DNA of 57,296 bases, the filler included, from Sphacelaria rigidula (taxonomy: Eukaryota): NCBI GenBank assembly GCA_964200075.2. It is 6 parts of 6 records of this genome, joined end to end, with 100 filler letters (N's around TTAATTAATTAA, not from the genome) between each part and the next. Parts side by side here need not be neighbours in the genome. Positions count along the whole stretch, not along the records: positions 47,832 to 57,296 come from CAXNAA020008434.1; 5 more parts are not named here. The stretch is one strand, 5' to 3'. Shown one piece after another: positions 47,950-57,296 of this stretch. The translations under genes were made by a program, and so were the position numbers. The notes under the pieces were generated by a model. That model was not told the origin of the DNA and did not search any database. It saw only the letters and a list, made by a program, of their open reading frames with translations. The number at the start of each line of letters is the position of its first letter. Position 1 is the first letter of the stretch.

Positions 47950-50900
47950 GAACTGTCTCAGATGTCAGTCAGGAGGTCATGTATTATTACAAGTTGGGAG
48001 AAGAGACGGGAGTGCTCTACGATCAACTGCATGTCGTTGTATTCGAGACCCACGCCATCAACCGCCGACAGCAAGAGTCTTGTGGCTTTCACGCGACGCT
48101 GTCGGCAGTACGGCAGGCAAACCGGATCATAGCTACCTTTCGTTGCTCTACCGCACGGGTCCAGGGTCATCGATGCAACGCACAATGGGAGTGTCAGTTT
48201 CTTTCAAGTTGGCGGAGTGGGTCTGGCCCAGCCATCAAAAGTTGTCGCTGCCGTTGTACCACAAGTAGGCGCCTTTGGGGAGGACTCTCTGTTCTACGCG
48301 GATCTTTTATTCCCAATACTTGGTTGGTAACAATGCATAACCACCGGCGACAAAGCGCAAACCTTCGCCACGGTGAAGTTCGCGGACTGCTGCGCCGTGG
48401 CGCATGTTGCGACATTTTTTGTTGTCAGCGAGATGTTGCTGCTGGGGCTGCGTCCAGTACAGGAGAAAAGCTCGGCGGTGCAGCTGAAGGTCGGGTTCAT
48501 GTTCCCAGGACGCTCCCCGAAGGCCTCGCCAGTGAATTTTGTACATGACAGCAGTCTTACTTCCTCGACCGCGAATGATCTGGTGACCAGAGATATAAGA
48601 CCCGGCGAGGCGAAGAAGTTGTTCCGTCACGTCGTCAGTGGTAACGTGATAAGGCGGTGACTTGGTCGAATAGCTGTTAATCATGTATTGTGTAAGACCG
48701 GCAGGGAGATATTTAGGCATGTCATTAGTGTCATGCGGGATATCTGATCCTGATCCAAGCCTTGGTGACCATCAAAGGTGTGTCCCTCAAACACGGTGAT
48801 AGGCAAACGGGGGCAGCGGCCGAGATGTTACTCGTTCGCAGAGAGACCGGTAGCGGCGTTGACCGAGTTGTTATAAGACAACATGACATGTGAGAGATGG
48901 ACTTCCCAATCGTTTTCACGATCGTTAACTACCATAGATAGCATCTGGGCCATGGTGTGGTTAACCCTTCAAGTACCAATGTTACTATTGGGGTGGTAGA
49001 CACTCGTGGCTATCTTGCGAATGCCCAGGAGCGCATACAGTTCGTCCGAGAGATTGGAGCAAAATTGCTGACCATGGTCGGAGAGGAGCCATTTCGAACA
49101 ACCATGGTGTTTAATATAGTCGCGAACTTGGGTATTAGCTGTGCCTGCAGCCGTGAAGTCTCCAGCTTTGACTGCGTACATGGACGCATGACGGCTGAAG
49201 CGGTCGGTGAAGAGTAAGATGTAGGTGTTGCCACGATCAGTGGTCGGTAAGGGACTGAAATGGTCGAGCGGCACAAGGTGTCCAGGGGCATTGGGAAGTT
49301 CCCGGTCGCATCATAAATGGGACATATATCCGAGTGGGTTTGTCATCGCGTAGGCGTGCATGACGTCCAGTGGTCGCGGTTGAAGTTACACCCGGCGGGG
49401 ACGTAGGGCGGCGGACAAGCAGTTGAACATCGTCACCAATGGTGGAGATAGTACCTTTACATGCCAGTGTACTAACCGGGGCCAGAACATTGGCCAGGAT
49501 AGGGACAGGGTAACCAACCTCTAAGTACCACATGGTAGCGCGGCAGAATGGTTCTGCTTGTTGTTCACGAGCGCAATCACGATGGGCGTAACTGGCAAGG
49601 AACTTGCGCAGTTGGCCTTCCGCCAGAGAGTCGACCAGACATGGTGGCTCAGGAAGTGGTGGGACAGGCGACGGGGCGGGGGTGCCAACGTCAATATTTA
49701 CATCGGGGTCAGGGTCGGAGGCGTCCATCCTACCATCAGAAGGGGTGAGCACAGACGGTGCCGGGGAGGGCGGCGTTGTCGAAGTAGTGCGTGCCGGAGT
49801 GACGCTACGGTAAGAGTTGCACTTCTTTAGCAAAACTGTTTCTCGTGACGCTACAGTAAGAGTTGCACTTCTTTAGCAAAACTGTTTCTCGGGGTTGCTC
49901 GGGGTATCGAACAGGTCATTTTGTGAATCGGCATCATTTTTACTTGAAACATACTGAAATTGACGCGGATTAACGAAAGGCCCTTGCGTGCAAACACCAT
50001 GGTTCTGGGAGCCCGGTCCCCAAATATTTGGGTTGCACAGCAAGCCCCATACATTTATACTCCTACAAGAAGGAGAGCCCCAGAAACAAAAAGTGCAACC
50101 CCTGCTGAAGTATTGCTCGCCGGAGAAAGTGATCGGCGCTTGTTGCGTGCATTGAGCGTGGCGGGTGTTGACGAAGCTCGTGGCGTGCTGTTACGGGGAG
50201 CCGGTACTACGCTGCTCGTGTGAGCAATAGTCGTTGCCGTTGTCGGTGGCGCGGGGCCCCGGGGGGGGGTTGGCGCGGGCGGCAGACTGAGAGCACATAT
50301 TGTCGGAAACGTGACGGATAACTGGGGGTTGCGGGACTGAAATATTCACGTGAGGGCCGAAAGTGCGGAAATCGACGAAATCGACGTTTGTGGTCTATGG
50401 CCCACCCAAGACTGCATCATACAGCAGGGGGCGAGGTCGCCCGAGCGTGCATATCCGCCTCTGGGCGATGGAGGTCAAGGGCGTGAATGGGCGTTGAAAA
50501 GCATCGGATAGGATACACGCCCGGTTCATGGGGTTCAGTAAATCGGCAACCTAGGCTGAAGCCTACGGCCGTTGGAAGAAGGGGCAGGTGGGAGAGAAGG
50601 TCAGCATTCCCATTGGTTTTGCCTGGGCGGTGGATGACAGTATACTGGTAAGCTGTCAGAAGTTCCAACCAGTGTTGCACACGCGGATTATGTTCGCCAA
50701 CCCTAACGAGTTCTTCGAGTACTCCGTGATTCGTGTAAATGTGGAGAGGCACGTGGAACAAATGTTGTCGAAGGCGTTTTATAGCCCAAGTGATGACCCC
50801 GTCTTCCAACTCCAGTGGGCTCTAGCTGGCCTCGTTTGACAGGGTGGCACGGCTAATACAAAGGGTGAATCGAACAGAGATATCAAGTTGAGGTTGATTC

Positions 50901-51205
50901 AGAACCGCGCTGAGCCCGTCGTTGCTGGCGTCTGTGTGCATTAGAAAGAGGCGAGAGCAGTCTTGCACAGCCTCCCAGTCTGGAAAACAGAGAACCTGTT
51001 TTTCGGTAAGCACTCTCAACAAATCGCGAACGATAGCTTCCGCACCTTTGGTGAAAACAAACGCGGCGCCTTTTTTTAATCGAGTGTGTTATTGGACGAA
51101 CCCGTTCGGACAGATCAGGCAGGAATTTGCGATAGTAAAACAGTCCACCCAACAATGAGCGGAGCTGAGAAATGTTCGTAGGCATCGGCGTTTCAGTCAA
51201 TGAAC
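47950..51205 (-). mobile_element. Degenerate Ty3/Gypsy pol (RT end, RNase H, integrase, chromodomain-like C-terminus)
   Basis: PTNISQLRSLLGGLFYYRKF (RT connection); HTDASNDGLSAVLNQ and HRPGKTNGNADLLS (RNase H); YILLFTDRFSRH, LLSDHGQQF and TSVYHPNSN (integrase); frameshifted; interrupted by a MITE at about 49800-50102. Confidence 0.93.
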
Positions 51206-51899
51206 GCCATGACTTTGTTGGTATAACAGCCGTTCATCGAAATTGAGGATAGAGCTTTCCATTGAGGATGAGAACCCGGAGAATTCAAATGTTAGTATCC
51301 ACACCAAATCTTCGAAATATCGTTTCATTCTTTCACCTACTGGTATCTATTGACAACTGCGCCCAGAATCAGGGGAGATGCGGTAGTGTCCTGATCTGAG
51401 CAGAAAGGTGATAAACCAAAGGTCAACGTCCAGAGGATCGGAGAACTGATCTGGTTTCGTCAGAGCTCGGCGAAAAACATTGCCGAATGGACTGGGGTCC
51501 GAAGAATCCATCCACGGGAGAAAATCAGCTGTAGACGGGCTGAAATACTAATATTTGTACAAAAACGGATTGGTTGCCACACAAAGCGGTCTTATGCCAG
51601 TGGTATCCAAGGTGATAATAAACATATCTGCATACCTTCGTTTGATTGATTTCAATCTCGACACCGGCTGAGCAGCCGAAGCTGCTTGAACCAGTGCGTG
51701 CTCGAAGTATATCGACACGCTAGCATTCGGTACTCACGACATACTATGGCTAGTAGATTGGCTTTTACATGAGTGGTAGAGAAACGAGCAGCAAGCGAGT
51801 AGGAATGTAGTTGAGGAGCGGGAGGCTTCCGCTCAAGAGATCTTAGTCACACCGGAACATTCCCATAATTTTCAAGGAAGGGGAAGCTAGTAGGGCTAG

Positions 51900-52860
51900 A
51901 GAGGTTTCCGCAACAGCGGGGGCAGAAGGCCCGTCACGGCAGGAAGCTTCTCCGATGAAATTCGCAGTAAGGGGAACACCGCTCAGCAGCTGGACCGTTG
52001 CTCGATTCGGGGGAACTGCAGGTACTCAAGTCGGTAGCACGGCGTTGGGTAGGATGCCCGGTGTTGGATTCCCAAATGCATTGGATTCGAGTGCGGGTGT
52101 TGATGTACAAAGGCAAAGTAAGACCCAAGGTACGTAGATACTATTTGGTGTCGATTCTTGAACATTGGAGGCTCGACAAATTCGTCCCTTCGACAGCAAC
52201 GAGGGTCATGCGTGGGTACATTGTTATGAAGACCAAGGCTGGTGAATACGCGATTGCAGCTGATCGTGTACAAGATGACCGCCCAGTTCGGGATGGCGGG
52301 GGCAAGGAGCTTTGAATAGCAGATAGCGGAGCAACATGTCACATGAGTCCATCTAGGGAGAAAATGTGTGATGGCGAGTCTTGCACGGGTGTATCGGTCA
52401 CTGTAACAGCCATAAAGTACCGACAGCAAGTTTTGGCAAACTGTTGGTATCATCGGTTGGAGATGATGATCAACTATCTTTCGGGATCAATAGTGTGGCG
52501 CATATTCCCGAGTTAGACCTAAACTTGTTTCCCCTGCAGAGTGCGGCCGTGAAACATGAGTTGCCGATTGGTGTGACGAAGGTCGGGGCCGTGATTACTT
52601 TGCCTGATGAAAGAAAAGTGTTTTTCAAGAAGGAAGAAGGAATGCTATCATGGCTTGCACTTGGTTTTCACCGTCAACCACCTCGACGGATCGTAAACTT
52701 GGCCACCATGAGTATGCGAGTGCTATTCTCACCCCTGGAAAGATGAAAATCAATCTCGATCAGGTGGACATCAACCTGGTTCATCAGTCTCATGGCCATC
52801 TACATGAGGGCTTGTTGCGGGGAGCCGCGAAACAGCAGGGGGAACTTTGGCGGGAAAGTA
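51900..52860 (+). mobile_element. Degenerate Ty1/Copia gag-protease-preintegrase fragment
   Basis: *IADSGATCHM (protease, about 52315-52347), VAHIPELDLNLF, and VDINLVHQSHGHLHEGLLRGAAKQQG (GAG-pre-integrase-like); stops and frameshifts. Confidence 0.85.
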
Positions 52861-53460
52861 GGAGGAGTTGCAACAGGCCTATACTTTACGCAGTATGTTC
52901 CCGTCTATTGTAACTATTGACCATGCATATATTGTCCAAAGTGTGCAACTTTCCGATCCACTCTTGCCATTGATGTTTGGAAAGTTTCAGTTGCTTTCAT
53001 CCGCAATGTTCCCTCCTATTTCTAGATTTAGAAAGTGGCCTCCGTACAGAATATCACTCTTGCTTGTTTCATGCAATTTGGTGTGCACGCACAGCCTCGA
53101 TAGTGCACACGCCACTGCTGCACGACTTGAAGGGATCATGCTGGGGGGGGGGGGGGGAGGCATGGTGATAATGGGCGCTTGCGCTGCTGGCATGGTACCG
53201 TGTGATGGGGTGTGGAATATAGAACGCGCACCCCAATGCGTTTGACACGATACTGCCCTTTCCGTGTTATTCAAGTGGAAACAGGAAAGTCGGAAGGACT
53301 CTTTCCGAACGTACCCCGTCGCCTGAAGAAGACCAAGCCTACTGCTGTAACACTCGCACCTGCATGTTCTTTAACGTATATCTTCTCGATCGTTGTCTTC
53401 CTACTACGCGATTGCAGTGATCAACACACTTGATTCACTTCGCGTTCCTTATCTTGCACT

Positions 53461-53714
53461 GAGTCATCCTACGATAGGGGGGGGGGGGGGTATTTGGTTG
53501 CGCTAAAAAAGAGGCTCATTAGTGTGTCACACATCATTCCACACTTGCGTTACGCTCGTATTTGGTTCCAAACGGTGTAAGGTAGTATGAATGAGCGTTA
53601 TTGATCCACAACAAGCTTGTTCGAATAACCGTTGCTGCTTTCAACGACGTTCTGACTCGAAATTTCGAGCAGCAAATGGCCCAAAATACCCCCCCCCCTA
53701 TCGTAGGATGACTG
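53461..53714. mobile_element. Sola-like MITE family A, complete copy (254 bp)
   Basis: TIR gagtcatcctacgatag-G run/C run-ctatcgtaggatgactg; TSD CACT at 53457-53460 and 53715-53718. Confidence 0.82.
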
Positions 53715-54286
53715 CACTCTTCTTTCTACTTCACTCTGACGTCGAGCTTGTTCCTTCTCTCAATGTCACACAATCACTTTATGGTTTTCCGTTCTCTAAC
53801 GACTGCTCTCGGGGAAGTTTTCCTCCTCTAAGGGGTTATCTGCACTTCAGCTGTTTGCTCGCATCCGCCCGGTGGAACCGGGCCTCATCCTAGTACCAAC
53901 TGTGTGTGTGCTTTGTTGTACATATAAAGATGGCCCTTCCAGCAGTAAATATCCCCGGATTTTTAGCTGTGGCAAAAAAGTTTGAATAATCGGCAACGCC
54001 AGCTGATACCAACACTCGCCTGTATATTCCCAGTACGTACATAACATTACAAAGTAGTCCTGAAAAACGTACGTTCCACCCCGCTGCCACTCATAGTCAC
54101 ACATGTTTTTTTTCGCGAGGGCAAGCGACTCGAAATATTTCAACCGACCAACTCATCAGTTAATCCGAAAAATACAACCGGAAAAACATCTAGTTCCACA
54201 ATCCATCGGTAGTATGACGAAACAGAATACAAGCAAGCTAATAATATAGGTCAACGAAAGGGTGGATACAGAATGATGATATGTCA

Positions 54287-54738
54287 TCACGCTTGGGGTA
54301 CAGTCACAGCGCCGCACGCTGGTGGATCACCATAGGGTGGTGGCGCATCATCTGCAGAGATTGGGACAGCAGCGCCAGTGCTGTCGGCTTGTGGTGGCAC
54401 CCTTGGAGCAGCAGGGGGAGCACTTATAGCAATTCGCTTCACTCGCGCGCAGAAGAAACAGGCTCCCACGGCGCAGAAGAGCACGCCGACACCTGCACCA
54501 CCGGCACCGAGGCAGATGTAGAGAGTCTTATTGCTGTCGGGCGAGTCACTGTCTTGCTCTTGGTCTTCTTCCGAGGAGTCATCGTCGTCGGATGCTACCC
54601 ACCAGTCATCATCGCTCGAGTCACTGCTAATTATCACCTCGTCTGAGCATGCAGGATCGATGCAAGTATAGCCAACGACACCGCAGGTCCAAGAGCTATC
54701 GACGCAGGTGCACTCGCAGCAGTCACCTCCGTCGTAGT
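54287..54738 (-). CDS. LNR/Notch-like domain single-pass membrane protein (204 aa), exon 2 (terminal)
   Basis: aag acceptor (G+AC=D); YDGGDCCECTCVDSSWTCGVVGYTCIDPAC, Asp/Ser-rich stalk, TM LYICLGAGGAGVGVLFCAVGACFFC, Pro-rich tail with PPPY, then TGA. Confidence 0.9.
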
Positions 54739-55119
54739 CTTCGGGTTCGCCGGATAAAACGCATGAAAGTTTCCATGTCGTTCCGATGGATCGTGGGGGG
54801 CGGCGGGAGGGGGGGGGGGGGGACTTGGGAACGTATATTTGTTACTTCCTGTATGAGTCGTGCGGGCAAAATACCGCTGCTGATCAAAAGAGGGCAAAGG
54901 ACGGCAGTCTCCACCTGATGTTGAGACAGGACGGTGCGATGCAAGAACAAGAAGCTGGCGACCATCAATTCCTTGAGGAAGTACTGGAAATACGAGGCAC
55001 ACAACTTCTGCATACGCTGCGCATGGAAACTCTCAACAGCGAACGAAGACGAAACGTTTCAAACATTGCATTTTGGAAAATGCGCGATATGACCCGAGTC
55101 CTACACGTGGACAGATGAG

Positions 55120-55260
55120 GGTGACAATTACTCGAGTCATGGGAGTCACTTTGAAAAATCAGGACAGGTCTGACTCGAGTCCCGTGAGTGAAATATAACG
55201 AGTCGAGGGGGATGACTCGTCGTTCGAGTGACACGAGCCAGACTCGGACTCGCCTGACGT
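55120..55260. repeat. gactcg-rich transposon subterminal remnant, intronic
   Basis: Several actcgagtc/gactcg copies. Confidence 0.45.
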
Positions 55261-56489
55261 GTGGAATACACTTTATACTCCGTCCCATGAACACCCATGT
55301 TCCTTCCCGATACTTTGTAGTACTCTTCACGACGAATTTTCCCATCTCCTGTGTACGGTGGTGGTTGACCCAAGGGTCCATCTGGGGCCTCTCGCCCTAA
55401 ACAGGAATAGGTAAAAATGCTACAGTACGAGCTGGGGCAGCACAGAAATCCGAATTCCTTCGATCCACTGCAAACTTTTGAGTTTCTCGAACTAACGCGA
55501 TGGAAGTACACCGATGTGAAATGCAGGCCAACCTGCTGATGTGCGCTCTGACGCCAAAAACAAGATGAGAAAAAATGCACTACATCGTACATGACCTCAG
55601 CGACGGAACCAGATTCTGCAAACAGTAGGCATCTGTCGGAATTCGATCTTGTGACCTTCCACCCTTGTGGAAGTCTCCTATACCGGTTGGACAGTAGGAT
55701 GCAGCGATGTCACACAAAAAGTTGGAATGCTCTACCAAACTTTAGGAGTTTTGAGCCCAAATTCGACAGAGAACTTCTCTAAACACGTCGTTTTCTTCAC
55801 GAAAGCAGCCAGAGTCTTTTTTTGTTTTCGAGTTATGGTATTTTCCTTCTTTTCCAGATATTTCGACTCGCTCTATCCGCGTGTTTTTTCTCGGCTGCTT
55901 CCGCTACTTTCCGCACATCGATGATGTTAACCTCGTGTCAATTTTCAGTCTCGAAGTCCTAAAATCAGGCAGGGCAAACCTGTTCTACCCCCAACGAGAA
56001 TATTCGGTTGGCCGAGCTCCTACACTGTTCCGTGTTACCTGATGAAGGAATTGGTGCGTAGTCTTGAATTAAATCGCATTTCGCACGCCGAATTTCTCAT
56101 TCACTCAACACTAACGTGTATATTACGAGATTATCCGCTAGATTGATGTCTGACTCGCGCGTCGGGGCTGCACAACTCGTATGCACGCCATGATTTCCCA
56201 GAGAAAACAGAGTGAAGATCGTAACCAGAACCAACCACAAAATGAACACAGAGTCTCCTGCCACAGTCAGAGGCATGTCCAGCACAAGCGGGCGAGGGAA
56301 ATCGGCGTACACCTGAAAGCCATATTCATGGACAGAACGGAACAGATACCGTCACAGAAACCGCAGGAGAAACAGACCGTGCACGTTATCTTCAAGTGTT
56401 GTCTACCACCAGCTCCTATGCAGATAAACGCCATCCCTATCGCCAACTCCATCATCGTCACCATCGTCTTCACCATTCATTTTACTTAC

Positions 56490-56652
56490 CGCACTCGGCG
56501 GTGTTGAGGTATTCATCACACCAGCCGTCTCCCACGTCATCATCGTAGCAAAGAGATGAGCTGCTGATGGCCTGAACCGTGACCGCCGTGTATAACACAA
56601 AAAGAGCCAAACGGTGAAGGCTGCGGGAGAAACGACAAAGCCTTTCTGCCAT
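56490..56652 (-). CDS. LNR/Notch-like domain single-pass membrane protein, exon 1
   Basis: MAERLCRFSRSLHRLALFVLYTAVTVQA (signal-peptide-like) then ISSSSLCYDDDVGDGWCDEYLNTAEC; consensus gtaagt donor, phase 1; joins exon 2 to rebuild C-x4-VGDGWCD-x3-N-x3-C-DYDGGDCC. Confidence 0.9.
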
Positions 56653-57296
56653 TACGTTGTTAGACCGGAGGAGCCCGAGAAGCCTTCGATTCCCCCGCTT
56701 CTGGTTGGCCCACAAAACACACACGCGCACACATACGCAATATAATCGTGGTCATACATGTTGAGTCGTGGGGTGGCTTCTAAATTGTACTGTACCAACC
56801 GGACTTTGAGTCTTGTCGGCACCGCAATAGTCGGCAACACACTGAAGTCGCAGGAAGTCCAAGAGAAGGGAGGACGTAGAGGAACCAAGTAACTCCATCG
56901 TCGCTGAATTAGGCCTTCGCATCTCTGCGAACATGCAAGCGAAATACACCTACTTGCAGCCCTATCAACAGCATTCACGTTGACAACTCAGCACAGTGTG
57001 ACGCTTGTCCGATGAACCGCTAGGACGACCAAACCTCAGTGGGTGCCACAGCGAGACGTTTGTTCGTCCAATGAATTGAGAGTCCGGCCGAAGATCAAAA
57101 GGGGTCAATCGCTTATCGGAAAACGTTACAAAATCGTTCAAGACGACCTCGGGGGCGCCAACCCGCCTCTTTGGCGACAGACCTCGTTTTGGGGGACAAC
57201 ATCATAGGTTGGCCTCCAACAGCCGTAATCCGGACGATGTAGCTGAAAAGATCCTGTCGGTTCGCGAGCATTATCATTCCCAATTACAACATACTT

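Noticed and set aside
55146..55396. Possible alternative exon with a second PPPY inside the LNR gene intron
   Set aside because: It would break the LNR domain and runs into a transposon remnant; probably chance.
1..57296. GT10, PI-PLC, LNR protein and orphans as a clustered cell-surface system
   Set aside because: Each gene lies on a different scaffold, placed together only by length sorting.

Overview
Eukaryotic, repeat-rich and intron-rich DNA, most consistent with a brown alga (Phaeophyceae); this is inferred from gene structure, domain content and repeat types, not from a search. The window is not one locus. It is six unrelated scaffolds of 9467, 9466, 9466, 9466, 9466 and 9465 bp joined by artificial 100-bp N44-TTAATTAATTAA-N44 linkers, so proximity across linkers means nothing. 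Most entries in the six-frame ORF track are spurious. Manual splicing (GT-AG introns, consistent phases) recovers five real genes: (1) three exons of a GT10 alpha-1,3/4-fucosyltransferase (+, 4922-9341); (2) an intronless 254-aa orphan with a glycine-zipper hydrophobic hairpin (+, 26185-26949); (3) a complete 4-exon, 228-aa orphan type II membrane or secreted protein with an RxL-like motif and repeated SFSF motifs (-, 31818-34944); (4) four exons of a PI-PLC X-domain phosphodiesterase (+, 42139-46773); (5) a complete 2-exon, 204-aa receptor-like protein with an LNR/Notch-like Cys domain, TM helix and PPxY tail (-, 54287-56652). The rest is decayed Copia, Gypsy and LINE sequence, tRNA-derived elements, minisatellites and many MITEs (Tc1/mariner, hAT, piggyBac and Sola-like with 4-bp TSDs). 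I found no convincing multi-gene novel system; the best novelty candidates are single orphan genes and uncharacterised MITE families.
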